A stretch of DNA of 64,000 nt, taken from Phoronis australis. Taxonomy: Eukaryota; Animalia; Phoronida. A model generated the notes under the pieces. It searched no databases. It was given only the letters and a program-made list of their open reading frames with translations, and had not been told where the DNA came from. Made by a program: the position numbers and the translations under genes. This document shows, one piece after another, positions 15,301 through 28,957 of this stretch (positions are counted from its first letter, which is position 1; each line of letters starts with the position of its first letter). Location of the stretch: positions 1,431,214 to 1,495,213 of the forward strand of contig NMRA01000035.1 in NCBI GenBank assembly GCA_002633005.1, read 5' to 3'.

Positions 15301-18300
15301 AATTGTGGTTAAGGTTGGATGAGATTGAAAGGCAGTGGCCCAGATCTGTAGCAATGTCAGCAATGAAGAGAAATAGTGTACACATTGATCAATAGAGTAG
15401 TGTCGAGATGTTTTTGAAATCTACCGAGTGAATATGCAGGCAGCAAGTGGATTGTACTCTTTCAAATAGAGACAATGCAAACAAGTCAAAACTTTAATTT
15501 CAATTTGGAGAGTTGCAGATCACCAATGCGACAACAGATTTTCTTTGGCAACGATTCACCATTTGTGAAGGCCAGGATTTTCAGGAGAGCTCAATGCCCA
15601 TTAAGCATCATGGTAATTATGCCATGCCACATTTGGCGAGCTGACATTAAATGCTACCGTAACCGTCGAGCTCTACTTTTCTTTCATTTCACAAACGAAA
15701 ATGGCGTCGCTGAGATGTGCCGAAATTACCCAAACGAGAATTTGCATATTGCTACATCCTACCGTAGTGTTTGCAATAAGCCAATGAGGGACTGCGCTAG
15801 ACTTGCCATTGATAAAATGCTCCCGGCTAAGCCAAGGCATTATAGATAATGTAGTCTTTCCGATTAAGCCAGTCAGATGCAACCACTCAGGGTGAGTAAA
15901 TGTACAACTTGTTTGCGAAACCACTCCACAAACGAAACCACTCCACAAACGTTCCAAGGATTTGACCCAAATACAAAAGTACAGAGCAACAGCACAACAT
16001 GACATTCTCAAGCTAGAAGTCACACCTCAGCCTAGGTTATAGTGTACACAAAAACAACACTGATAAATATTTATCTTTCAATCACTGTGTCAAGAACTGG
16101 ATACTGCCAAAAACATACCTTTTCGCCATAGTTTGACGGTGATTACAGATAGTCGTTAAAATGTAGGTTCAGCATTGAAGTTTGGCACTGCTAAAAAAGT
16201 TGGGACTACATTGCCAAACCTGTGGCCACCCGCAGACTTTTTACAACTTGAAATACAGGTGCAAAACTTGTGAGTCATCGCCAATCAGACAAGGTGAGCA
16301 GTNNNNNNNNNNNNNNNNNNNNNNNNNNNNNNNNNNNNNNNNNNNNNNNNNNNNNNNNNNNNNNNNNNNNNNNNNNNNNNNNNNNNNNNNNNNNNNNNNN
16401 NNNNNNNNNNNNNNNNNNNNNNNNNNNNNNNNNNNNNNNNNNNNNNNNNNNNNNNNNNNNNNNNNNNNNNNNNNNNNNNNNNNNNNNNNNNNNNNNNNNN
16501 NNNNNNNNNNNNNNNNNNNNNNNNNNNNNNNNNNNNNNNNNNNNNNNNNNNNNNNNNNNNNNNNNNNNNNNNNNNNNNNNNNNNNNNNNNNNNNNNNNNN
16601 NNNNNTACAACATGAATGCAAGCAAACAAAAGCCTGCCAACCAGACAAGCCACAATCACATATAAAAACCTTCTAGCAGCAATAGTGGTTAAGGTTGGAT
16701 GAGATTGAAAGGCAGTGGCCCAGATCTGTAGCAATGTCAGCAATGAAGAGAAATAGTGTACACATTGATCAATGGAGTAGTGTCAAGATGTTTTTGAAAT
16801 CTACCGAGTGAATATGCAGGCAGCAAGTGGATTGTACTCTTTCAAATAGAGACTATGCAAACAAGTCAACAAAACTTTAATTTCAGTTTGGCGAGTTGCA
16901 GATCACCAATGCGACAACAGATTTTCTTTGGCAACGATTCACCATTTGTGAAGGCCAGGCCTGCGTTCAGTAGACGCTAGGACCTACGCTAGGACCTAGC
17001 TAAAACCTAGTCGAAGACACGTGTTCTAATTTAAAATGCACGGCAATATCTCACGTAATCTCGCGAAGTCTTGCTTTTAAGCGAGGTCCTAGCGTTACTG
17101 AACAGGCGGCAGGATTTTCAGGAGAGCTCAATGCCCATTTAGCATCATGGTAATTATGCCACGCCACATTTGGCTAGCTGACATTAAATGCTAACCATCG
17201 AGCTCTATTTTTATTTCATTTCACAAACGAAAATGGTGTCGCTGAGATGTGCCAAAATTACCCAAACGAGAATTTGCATATTGCTACATCTTACCGTAGT
17301 GTTTGCAATAAGCCAATGATGGACTGCGCTAGACTTGCCATTGATAAAATGCTCCCGGCTAAGCCAAGGCATTATAGATAATGTAGTCTTTCCGATTAAG
17401 CCAGTCAGATGCAACCACTCAGGGTGAGTAAATGTAAAACTTGTTTGCGAAACCACTCCACAAACGAAACCACTCCACAAACGTTCCAAGGATTTGACCC
17501 AAATACAAAAGTACAGAGCAACAGCACAACATGACATTCTCAAGCTAGAAGTCACACCTCAGCCTAGGTTATAGTGCAAACAAAAACAACACTGATAAAT
17601 ATTTATCTTTCAATCACTGTGTCAAGAACTGGATACTGCTAAAAAACATACCTTTTCGCCATAGTTTGACGGTGATTACAGATAGTCGTTAAAATGTAGG
17701 TTCAGCATTGAAGTTTGGCACTGCTAAAAAAGTTGGGACTACATTGCCAAGCCTGTGGCCACCCGCAGACTTTTTACAACTTGAAATACAGGTGCAAAAC
17801 TTGTGAGTCATCGCCAATCAGACAAGGTGAGCAGTTGGATATGGGCTAGTTGGCCAAACAGTCAGATTAACCCTTAGCCACAAAACAAGCAGACACACAC
17901 GCACACACGCACACACACAGACAGACAGACACGCAGTCTGGCTGGGTTATTCAAGCTACTAATTGGAAGAGTAGTAAGATTCACATTTATCACCCAGTGT
18001 TGCTTCAGTCCAGACAGATTACATAAGAAATAATCACACAGATTATTGATGTTTTGACAGGGCCAAGGCCACTTTTGTTAACATGTTAGGAGGTTCCCTG
18101 ATTAAATACCAAATCAACATTTTCTTAAAAAAACATTTCACAGACCACCTACCAAGGGCAAGGATGCTATGATAGGAAAAGAGAAATACAAGACAAGTTC
18201 CTAGTATGGACCCCAATTTGGCACATAGACTTTGAAACAAATTGCATTCTAAGAATGCTGAGGAATAGTTAAGTTTGTTTAACAGCTTTCAACGCCTCGG

Positions 18301-21300
18301 TTCTGTTTGAACTTTCAGAGGTGAGAAGCAAAAATATGGCAGTGAGATCCAGTTTAAGTTCTAAACCTTGAGACTAGTTCATTCCATTCTCTTCTGACTC
18401 GTCTTAAAAAAGGTTGCTTAGCAACGATGGCTGGCACTCTCAACAAGGGCACATAGCGGTCACCTGAACGATGTAATTGTCGTATATTTTTGTTGATGCC
18501 GTTTGGTAACACTAGCACTGCCATAAGGTCACTCTCTTCATATAATACGCTAGCAACACCTAGTTCATAGGAAGTGCCCAACTGATGCAAACCTTATCCT
18601 ACAGACTGTACACTAGCCAACAAAGTCCTCAAAGTCGCTGATAGGATACTTAGAGCTGTTAAGATGTTGGTAGGCTCCATGTAATTAATGATGTACATTT
18701 GCAAAACAGCGCATACCAGAAAGCTGATAGTTTCAACCAAACTGACAAAAATAATCGCAAGACACCGAAATTGCAAAGTCACCCCTAACAACCGAAATCT
18801 CCTCTTTTCTTGCACACCTTCTTCTTATTCATGTTCTGCGTTCGAATAAAGAATTCTTGTGGAGACAGACTGTACATCTGATCGGAACCGCTCTCAAGAC
18901 GGGTATTCATAAATTTATCCTGCCTGCTGTCTTATGGGTACTGAGTTATGTGCAAAATGCCAATATTCTGGTAAATCACACTAGATCATAACTGTAGCTT
19001 CCTCATGGAAAGCAGGCAGACCAATAATCTGGGAGAGTACTATAGGACGGCAGATCACGTGTCGGACAGGCGTTTAGATGCACAATTTTTTTCTGAAAGC
19101 AGACATCTATCCACCTTCTTATTTAATGCCATGTGAACGTTACACAAGTAAAGAAATCTCTGAACTAAAATCTTGTGAAAGTTCAACAACCATCTCCTGA
19201 AAAGTTCATCAACCAGAGAAAGTGCTTAGGGGATCTAGACTGACACTCCTGTTACCCAATTCCATTAAAATTTGTCAGGCTCTGAGAACTTCACAAATAT
19301 TCAAGTGCAGCAATCACATGTAACTACCCGGATTGTCCTAAGCACCCTCTGATGACTCATACAGTCTACATGATGAGAGATTCACAAATTCATAATCACC
19401 AACTGATAACCCTCAATCTTCTGCACGTTTCTCTATTTGGTAGACAACACTGGTTGTAGTGATGCTGATTTTACTGTAAACACAGTAAGTGCTTGAAGGG
19501 GATTTAAACAGGTTTGAGAAGGAAGACAACTGAACACAATTCCAATCCAAGCGATTGGATTCTAAACACAACAATCCCCGTCTCCCCACACTAACCAGAA
19601 AATTGTCTAAATGGAATAAAATCCGCTTTTTAATGTATTAAAATTTCTGAGGCAGCCATCAATTAGTAACAGAACACCAGTTGATGATGTTTACTTAGAA
19701 AATAAGTGCCCTAAAAAGCCTTGAAAGAGGCAGACCACAACCATAGATGGCTCGTGGTTGTGCGGTTTATTCCTAGATAAAAAGTCAATCTTACCACAAT
19801 ACAGCTAACCAAACAGTGATAGGTATATTGGCAGTCATGGCAGAGATAACCAGTACTTTTGTACAGCTTGGTTTATTCTGGGGTCTGTAACAATGTTTTC
19901 ATGTCTGGAGCAAGACCCTGTTCCAGCAACCTTAATCCTTTGACATTAATTGCTAATAATCTACATAATATTATCATAGTGGCTGAAACGAGATGTTGGG
20001 CATTGGCGTTATCTGTTGCAAACAGTCCTTCTAAATTACATAACAAATTCAAAGACAAAAAATAACTTAAATGGCAGGAAGCCTGTTCTAAAGGTCAATT
20101 AACAGATGACAACACCTGCTTCGCTATCTATCGTACTTGAAAAGTAACACCTTTCAGTAACGAAACTAAAATCTCCATACAGTATTAGTATCATAATCTC
20201 CACTCAGACAGATAAAAATAGTACTCAATACCGACAGGCAGGTAAGTAAATCTGACCTTTGGGGAAGTTCACTGATAAAGATTTACCTTATGAATTAAAA
20301 ACATTTGCGAAACCACTGCGACATGAAAAATTTACTTAATGATGCCGACTGTAACAAAGCCATATTGAGTAAAATGTTCAGAGCAAACTAGGAAAACTAA
20401 GGGAAGAGCATGTGGGTGACAATTAGTCTCAAGTGTAATTCATTCCATGGTATTAACCATATAAACATGGACATCTTCCATTTAGATGTCAGTTTAAGTT
20501 CCACCTAACACTGGATGACAAAGTCGCCCACACCTGACAAATCACAGTTACTTTGTTCTCAACCTGGCCAGAACAATAGTGTAAGGCGAGATGACAATGG
20601 TGGCTGAGATAAGACTGCAGGAGTCATTAGTGGAAATCAATAGGGAATAAACAACCATGTTGCATACAGGTTACTCAATCAGGTAGCAGAGAACAATGGC
20701 ATCGTGCTAATGGGTAAACATGGCTACTTACTGCCAACATGCAGTCAGTTTATGCCACTGGGGCGAAAGCTTTCCCACTCTCCCAGCCTAATTTTGCCAG
20801 TACAGTTACAACCTATGAATACTGACATATAGGCTGCAATTGGTCAGTTTACTTATAAGAATTAGGTCACTTTAAAATATCTTGACACTGGCAAATTAGA
20901 ACCATTTTATGATTCAAGACATTGATTTTTAAACCTACTAAAATAGGTGCCAGCTAACCCAGTCATGGTATTTTTTTTCAATTTCAGTACCTCAACGCCT
21001 CTGCACATTACCACTGTTCATGCCTCTACAAGCAATCGGACCCATTGTAAACAGATGACATTTTGTGAGGGCTAGACAAATTATGCAACAAATTTCTACT
21101 CAATGTGAAAAGCTTTTTACTTGTGAGGGCAGGCAACAATGGAGTTTAAACTCTAACGGTCATGACAAGTCTTAGTCAAGTCTTAGTCGACAGGAATGCC
21201 TTTGAAGCATACAAAGCAAATACACAGAACAGTGTCTCCCAACTTAACCATTCAAATTTGCTATGTACACCTTAGCAAAAGCATTTGCGAAATCAATCAT

Positions 21301-24300
21301 TTCAAAATCACAACAAAAATGAAACAATATATGCAACATTGCTTCAAATGTTATTATTTTAAAATTCCAGTTTTACTAGGTCTAAAACATGTCCTCAACT
21401 TACTTTATCTGAAAACCCAACTCACTAAAGGCAAACGGTAATAGAAGAGCCACTAGGTAAACCGTGAAGCTAGTTGAATCTTCTATTTGTTAACAGACAC
21501 AGAGGTTATTGAAGATTAATGTATGCGTATGGGTCATAGAATTAGTTATCGCAAGATGGTGCAGGACTATCTTTCAATATAAAGTGTGGTATGGTATATA
21601 CTGTATGCTCAGACCATAAATAAAATGAAGTGCTTCAATAACCTGGAGGTATGGAATATTTGGATAAAATGTCAAGTTGTACCATTAGAAAATAAACAGC
21701 GACACCTGTCGATAAGTCTGATGACACCATAGTTAACCTTTCATACTGCCATACTTTGCCTACGCTCTACAATTAAACACACCTGTGAATTTTAACTTTT
21801 GCTCTTAACTTCAAACCAGGCCTGAAGTTAAAATCAACTCACACTCCATAAAACCTGGATGCCTGTACCTAAGTATGAAAAGCCCTCATGCGGTGCAATT
21901 ATCACAAACAGATGACTTTGAGAATGACTCACACTGTTGGAGTTATTCATTCTACCCAGGTTTCATCACACAGGACAATGAACCACTGCTCAAGCCACTG
22001 CTGGTACAAAAGAAAAGTAGTTCCCCATGATTAAACGCTTTGTTAACACCAGCAGGAGATCAAAGTGGGCTTCCAGGGTGACATCCACATGAGTGATAAC
22101 CACTTGGCTACTGTGTGACAGATTAACAGAGGTGACAATTTGAGACCAAAGACATGGTAGATTTGTGGCAGATACCCAATGAGCTTAGTTGATAAATGTG
22201 AACGGTTGATAACCATGCACAATGGGACAGCGGAGAGTACACAAACAAAGAACAATGAGACTAGGGAAACAAATACTGAGATTGCTGAAGTAGACTTCAC
22301 ATTTCAAAAGCACATAAGCATTCCCCAAAGATTTTGGGCTGTTGAAATCACAGCCAAATGCAGTAGACTCTGTGGGAACCGAGGCCTCCCAGTGTAAAAA
22401 ACAGATGTTGAGACGAGAGCCAAGCAACCACTATCAAGGCTAATAAAAACTTAATATTTGTTTGCTATTCACAGAGAAACTCCCGTTCCAAGGTGTCATG
22501 GAGTCAAAAGTATGCAGTGACTTGAAACAAAGACATGTGGTGAATTGAAAAACACCTGCTGCAACTATGTCCATTCAGTCCTCAGAGTGGACTTGGTTCA
22601 ATGCAGGTGTCAGAGAGCAGACAGATATGAAGACTTGTTACAACTAAAAATGTGCATGCGTGTATGAATGCATGTACTTGTTTGGTTGTTTTGTACTTGT
22701 TTGGTTGTTTTGTACTTGTTCATCAACGATTATAAATACCTGAAAATGATGCTCAGGTAAACTACTTCCGAGACAAACAATAGGAAGTGAAGTGCAACTG
22801 CGTGTTGAAAAATCAGGTCAAAGAAGCATCTGCTCTGTAATCCATAGACACAACAGCAAACTCACGAAAATGCAAGTATACACAAATCTTCCAGGTCAGC
22901 AGTACAATTTACCCATCCCCACAAAGCCAAAACATCTACTTGGGACAATACCTTGAAGGCAAAAACACCTAACCCAAACAACACCAGACATCCCAAAGCC
23001 AAAATACCAACAACAGATTTGAAAACCAAGAGACCAAACATCCACTGCATGTCCCAAGATGTCCCTAGCAATATCCGTGACTGGAGAACTCCAACACCTA
23101 CAGAACACAGAAAATCAACAATTAAGCCAGCCGAAAAATCCTCACCAATCAGAAGCTGATTCTTTGATTTTTCAGCACTGAGACTGTCCTAATGTTGTTC
23201 TGATATATATACCAAGAAAGAGAAATAAATCAAAGCAGTTACCAATTGTTGAAACCCAACTAGTCCAAAATTGTACAGCTGTGGAAATGATGAACTGACA
23301 ATGAAAACATTACCATCATCACCACAATCACCCCAGTGTTGCACACTGCATTTTCTAAACAACTCCTGACAATTAGTTTAGAACAAAGCAGCAGAACTAG
23401 TACAAGTTTATCTCTTCTGAAGAAGAGTCCTCTGTTCTATGCAAGCTTTGTTTAGTGGCTAACAAGGGGCAACTTCATGTCACGTTTTTACATCTTAATC
23501 TCCTTTTCCAATTCAGAGTTCAGCAACCATAGTTACACACCATTTTTCACTTGCTGAGCACGCTTCAGAACTCAGCAAACAGGGTGCTCGACCACGTTTA
23601 GAATATAAAAACACAAGATTTCTGCATGCCCGGGGACCCCTGAGACAATCTTACTTATTTTTAACCCGACATAAGCACATCAGCGTTATCGCAAGACGGT
23701 GACCTATTTAACCTGACTGTTCCCACAGGGAAGGCTATGAGTCATCATGCTGATAATGACACAGGTAGCTGGAGCTGAACACAGGTGAAAATAAATATTC
23801 CCCAACAAGACAGGTCTTTTATATTTGTAGCCACAGATGGAAAATTTTTCAGTGTATTCAAAACTATGAGAGCGACACCAAATTCTGTACGGTGCAATTG
23901 GAGAAAGCTAACCAGAGGAGAATTAGAAGGTATAACTCAAAGACTGCATGGTCATTAGACTTGCCTCTTGGATTTGACTGAACAGTCAGTGAGTAAATTG
24001 GGTTCCCTCTAACACATATAAAAATGAGAGCAAGCTTCCACTCAGATCAAATTAGCTTATCCGTGCTCGCCTTAAGGGAGAGGTGCCTAGCCCATGCTTT
24101 CTGATAGGGAATTTCCAACCAAGAGGGAAACAGATCTTTCCTTAACATCTGCAGAGATTAGCAAACCAACAAAATTCATCCCACAGCAAACTGCCATTAA
24201 TTAATTTATCTAAATTTTCTGCAGTAATTGATTTATCTTTTCAAAACAGTGCCGAGATAAAGAAAACACACAAAGAAAGAGCATTTTGCTGTTGAAAATT

Positions 24301-27300
24301 GATTGAGATCTATACACAAGCTCGAATGCCAGTCAGTTGTTTAGACCTATATGGTAAACTGCTAAAACCACCTACACACAGTGAGCCAGAGGTAATGGGC
24401 ATAAGCTCAGCTTGAGTACCCTCCTTGTATGAGTCATAACCACTTCACACAGCCAATATAGTAATGTATAATAATCACTACAAGACCTAAGCTACAGTGG
24501 GTCTTAGATTACATAATGGCTGGTGTTTCTGACAAAATAATACTGATTGAGTAACCAAAATGTGACTCACTGTGATTCAAGCTGGTGCAGAAAGGTGAAT
24601 GCACTTACAACAGTTGGGTGTTCACTGACTGCAGGAAACAGAAACTGGTGAGAACTATGATCACAACCGCGGTCCAAATTCAACTCTTCTTTTACGGAGA
24701 CCAGAAATATGCATAGCACCCTACATTTTTACTCGTTTTTAAAGTTAGGCCGCCAACATAGGTCTGACCTGACTGATGAAGCAAAGAATAACATTCTTAT
24801 GTTCAATCTAGCTCAACATTGCTTGACACAGCGCAGCATATAGATAGACAGGATTTTCCATTAAAAAAATATCCCCAAACATAAAATCCAGTTCCCTTTT
24901 TGAAAATTAGCAATTTCAGTTTTAGCATTTTGAAGCGATAAAAAACATGAGCAAGACCTGGGAATTGTCAGACTTTTTCTGCTGAATTATAGATGAACAA
25001 CTACTTGAATACGTCAGCTGCAAAACAATTGTCCATCGATTTGTGTCGAGAATTGTTGAATTTGACGGATAACATTCTGATATTTTGTCATTAATACACT
25101 TTTGATATCTGCTACAGAAACATGTAAATTTCATTTGAAATGTGTAATTCCATGAAAGAAGTAAGATTCCATAAATTGGACCCACTTTCCGTTGCCAAGA
25201 AAAACAGGGTCTCTAACGGCAATTCCCAGTGAGACAGTAAAAGTTAAGAAGCATTTAGAATGACAAACGACTATGTCAAAATAATTCCATGTAGAATAGA
25301 TATTAGCACAGCATCAGGCAATGAGTACCATCGACTGTGTAGTAATACCGAAGGATCAAAGTGACACTGTGGCATTTCTGGACACAGCCAATGATAACTG
25401 CAGCACAGGTTACAGTGAAGCATGGTTCTTGTTAACCATCCAGAGAAAGTGAGCAAAATTACCTCACATTAACTCTTAATTGGGTTAGCATGAGGTCAAG
25501 CATGGCCAACACAGACCTGTTGGACTTCACTCAACTGCTCCACTATCACTGAAATCACCCTCCATTGCAACAGGAACACATAGGAATTTAAAACATCTGG
25601 CACAGTCCAGCAAAAGAGAGTGCCATTTTGAGGTTACTAGCAACAATGGCATACTTTGAGTACCCACATTACACAGAAGAGCAGTCCAACTGCCAAGCCC
25701 AGTCACCGGAATTTGACCTCAAACACCACTTCCACTCATATCACTACAGGAAAGTCACTGGGATTATTCCGACTTGACTTACTGGCACCAATGAAGTGTT
25801 AAATGATTTGCTTCAGCAACAAGTCACAGGAAAGAATGAAAACAGTTCCAGTCAAACAATGTCTGAAAACAAGAGCACAAAAACACAATAAAAATGTACT
25901 ATTTCATTACGGCTGGAGGCAGTGCACCTGGAAATTCACTGCTGTTAGTGGAGGTCCTCATTTCTCATGTTATGTGAATGGTTGTGCCCAGTCACATAGT
26001 GGTAGATGATCTCACAATGTTCTCAAGAATTTTGACACAATCGACTAAACCTAAAGTGGAAACTAAATAATGTTACACAGTGTGCAAGAACTTTCTATGC
26101 AGTGTCACCTTCCAGACCTTTATGGTTTCCAGTCTATTTCACCAAGAGTGACTTTAATGTGTCAGGGCCCTTGCACATCCAACAACAAACACATCTGCAA
26201 AAGCCAATGCCATCCCCAGACACACACTTTGTCCAACAAAAGTTTTCCAGTACATAATACACAGACAACATGAGAAAGCGTAAGAACTTTTCAAACAAGC
26301 CGTGGCCATTAAATAAAACAGTTCGATGTGAGCATAGTGGTTAATCTGCGGACCTGACAGGAATTGTTGATAGCGGAAGATCTGAAAAGTCTATTTACGG
26401 TGTTGCAAAAGGATACACTTTGATAGAACCATTCCTGGTGCCAACTCCCAGAAGACTCAGCTTAGGGTCATAGGCCAGTGCACTGGGCTTGTTTGGAAAT
26501 CCATGGTCAACACACTGAAAAAGAAAAGGTAGTACCTCTGTCATCAACTTGGCATTTTCACCTAAACAGGCTCTTAAAAAAGTTTGAAGACTCTTCAACA
26601 CGTGTAGTTAAACTTTGTTGGAATTCATCCAAAATGCGCACAGACATTGACCAGTGCACTATTTTTCTTTACAAAAAACGTTTGCTGTTGGCTGGCAACA
26701 AAATACTATATTGGTATTATGAATGGACAGTCTCTGAGCAGAGCAGAATGTCTCACAGAACTAAAATCTAAAGAGGGTGATGACAGAATAGGATGCCAAG
26801 TCAGTGTGTATGGCGTGGTGAAACTGCACCTTTTTAGGGTTAAGATTGTTAAACCGATCTACAAAAACACTCCAACAGTGTTAAAAAAAGAACTACTTCC
26901 CAGCCACCTAGGTCAAACAAACACTTAAGTAGGTCATCTGGGTCAGTATTCTGTTGCTGGCAAAAACAGCTTTAATGACTAAAAACAAATCTGCATCTTC
27001 ATCTGCCCGTATGCAAGGTTACACAACTTCCAAGGTCAAAAATGACACACTGAGACGCGACAAGGCTATTCAGTACCAGCTCTGATGCCGGTGATAAACC
27101 GGTGATTGATAGTGAAAAAAAAACTTCACGATAACAATCTGTCTAATGCAAATCAAGACACTTTTATCAAAATTGACTTCAGAATCTAGTAACTCCATGT
27201 ATCTGTCCTACAGGCATTCTTCCTAAACAAAATATCCAAACATAGTACAAATTGCAAGTCTCGCATTCACACACTACTTTACTTTTCTGCCAATTCACAA

Positions 27301-28957
27301 CTATTTTCCCTTGCAGAGGCGACACTTTCATTTTTAACACAAAAGAAAATAAAATGCGTGCACCTACTTTCAATCATTTGCCTTGTAAAGCAATAAACCA
27401 CGGGGCTTTTTAAACATGGCTTAAGATTTTACACGTGGCACAAAAATTCCCTTCTAAAGATAGAATCGTTTCTACAGAACGTTTTGGCTACTTGAGGCAA
27501 TGTTGGTATTGGTAAGGAGTGTTGACTGGGGTGTTCCCCTCAACCAAAACATTCCGCTCTCTCTCAGTAGGCATGGGTACCTTTCCCATAAAGTGAGTGA
27601 GGGGCCTGAATAAAAACAGCGTGAACCAATTTCTAGGCAAATGCTTTGTTACTTTATACCCACAACTTCAATCAGACAAAAAATAAAACCAAATGTTAAC
27701 ATTGAAATCTTCTGTCTTTTGCAAACATGGTCCAAATCTATATCTTGATGAATAAATTTAAACAGAACATTCCGCGACAAAACCATCTATTTATCATAAC
27801 GGAATGAGAGCCTGATTATGTTTTCTTTTCCTTTAAGGAAACATGTTCAGTTAAAAGCACATCACTATCTTGTATCTCATATTGCGATTGTTATGTAGTT
27901 ATCACAGTGATATCTTGGCACTTTACAACAAATAACTCGAACACGGCTACATTATGAAGCAATAAACAATCCTTCGATATCTTAAAGACAAAGAACAACT
28001 AAACTGATCTGAAAATGGCAACAAATGCTATTTCATCACGGCCATTGCTCACCTAACGGGAAGGTGTATGTCGGCTGAAAGGGGAATTTTCTGCGAAGAT
28101 ACTCTCCTCTTGTTGTCAATATTTATTATCAAAAGAAATAGGACGCCGAAACAAAATGTCCCAAAATAAGAAACGAGGTATCTGAATTGAGGTACTGGCA
28201 ACCCGAGAGTGTCCACCCTCTAGAAGTATACGGCCAAATTCCTACGAGGGACTGAAATGTTGTGTAGGCTTGACTCTCATCAGTTATAGTTGATGATCAG
28301 GACACACTGTGCATGAATCATAAATGGACTTTTCCGGACCTTGCTGAACACTTTCTACTCTCATCTATACTTCATGTGGTATTTTGGGCACATTTTCAGA
28401 TGTGTGGTGACTTGGGATTTTTACAAGGTTGCCAAACAAAATTTGAGGTTGCACTGGTGAACTGCACGTAGCCAAACCAAGGCCTGGATTAGCTAAACCT
28501 CTAACGAACAATTTGCAATAGAAAAAAGACTGGTGCCCAGGCTGGCTAGACATATCAGTTCTGAAAATCGTAAGTCTTATGTTCAAGGACCCTTGACCAG
28601 CTTGCAAATGTTAACAGCATTTACTGGATAGACTGAGAGCAGGTGAAGTTTGGATCCAATTTCTTGGAAAATCAAGACCATTTGCAAGTACCTAACTATT
28701 TGGTGTAGAAAATAAAGTGTAACAGCACAATTTCCATACAAAATGAAGAGTAACCAAGTTAACAGACAATAAGTAAACAAAGCACTGTTCTCTTACAGCT
28801 TAGAGAAGCAAACAGCGTTGGCAAACAAAATGTTAAGTAAGAGTGTGTCTGGACTGAAGACACATACCTTATTAAAAGCAAAAAGTTCTTTCTTTAACTT
28901 TATTCTTGACTCAGGTTCGCGATGTTGTCCACGCCCTCTTTTTATGAACTTGAACAT
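3303..28957 (-). CDS. LLGL1: lethal(2) giant larvae homolog (Lgl/LLGL, WD40 polarity protein), N-terminal 203 aa; 3' end lies beyond the left window edge
   Basis: Exons 28957-28868, 26514-26417, 13207-13126, 12445-12327, 4035-3889, 3375-3303 join in frame with GT..AG ends. Translation [86 protein letters not shown]../..[41 protein letters not shown] matches the Lgl N-terminus. Confidence 0.93.
3889..4035 (-). CDS. LLGL1: Lgl coding exon 5 ([32 protein letters not shown])
   Basis: tgttgcag acceptor; AA|gtatgt donor; GTEGG motif. Confidence 0.92.
4883..5158. repeat. Nested foldback (inverted repeat) element, Penelope-terminal-repeat-like
   Basis: Left arm GAAAGTTTTCGAAGCCACTAGCTTTCGGTCTCGTCTCGAG..GAGTGGAATGGCAGATAACTGGAGCC is complementary to 5060-5123 and partly to 4989-5026. 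Confidence 0.7.
10226..10700. mobile_element. Decayed PIF/Harbinger-like MITE
   Basis: Imperfect TIR GGCCCTTTCACACTAGC / GTTAGTATGAAAGAACC; repeated GTTAAC motifs; TAA on the left only. Confidence 0.5.
11236..11343. mobile_element. Short palindromic MITE (second copy at 41604-41706, inverted)
   Basis: ~45-bp imperfect arms; core GAACCAGTTTGATGCACGTTATTCA shared with the 41.6 kb copy. Confidence 0.65.
12327..12445 (-). CDS. LLGL1: Lgl coding exon 4 ([39 protein letters not shown])
   Basis: ttttttgttag acceptor; AG|gtacgg donor; phase consistent. Confidence 0.9.
13126..13207 (-). CDS. LLGL1: Lgl coding exon 3 (82 nt, [27 protein letters not shown])
   Basis: Preceded by CCTTAAC branch site and cag; donor CAG|gtaaga. 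Confidence 0.92.
13486..13934. mobile_element. Harbinger-like MITE with ~70-bp imperfect TIRs
   Basis: GGCCTGGTTGCACGAAAAAGTCCTAAATAGGGA.. versus reverse complement of the right end; flanks CAG/CGG; degraded partial copy at ~29827-30010. Confidence 0.7.
15226..17835. repeat. Near-identical direct duplication (15226-16302 and 16606-17835) flanking an N gap; probable uncollapsed haplotypes
   Basis: Both copies start TACAACATGAATGC and end AAGGTGAGCAGT, and the repeat edges coincide exactly with the gap edges. Confidence 0.9.
16959..17109. mobile_element. ~150-bp MITE present in one duplicate copy only
   Basis: Imperfect TIR core GTTCAGTA(G)ACGCTAGGACCT; CAG(G) duplicated at both ends; empty site GGCCAGGATTTT at ~15570. 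Confidence 0.85.
17889..17934. repeat. Compound (CA)n/(CAGA)n microsatellite
   Basis: gcagacacacacgcacacacgcacacacacagacagacagacacgc. Confidence 0.8.
22673..22720. repeat. 19-bp tandem repeat x2.5
   Basis: TGTACTTGTTTGGTTGTTT units. Confidence 0.8.
26417..26514 (-). CDS. LLGL1: Lgl coding exon 2 (98 nt, [33 protein letters not shown])
   Basis: tttcag acceptor; ends at U12-type donor GT|gtatccttt. Confidence 0.92.
28868..28957 (-). CDS. LLGL1: Lgl coding exon 1 ([30 protein letters not shown])
   Basis: AAAATG start; acceptor tttcag at 28976-77 upstream (implies a 5' UTR intron); donor AAG|gtatgt. Confidence 0.9.

Larger units (their letters stand above)
13208..26416 (-). other. U12-type (minor spliceosome) GT-AG intron in Lgl
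   Basis: 5' end GTATCCTTTT (26416-26407); branch site CCTTAAC (13226-13220) 11 nt before the terminal AG; phase 2 on both sides restores the frame. Confidence 0.92.

Noticed and set aside
16182-16743. Long ORFs across the gap
   Set aside because: Artefacts of the N run.
15673-17555. Duplicated 114-116 aa ORFs as paralogs
   Set aside because: No recognisable protein; they lie in the probable haplotype duplication.
18354-18590. ORF ending [13 protein letters not shown], similar to LINE ORF2 C-termini
   Set aside because: One short motif only; upstream RT motifs were not found.
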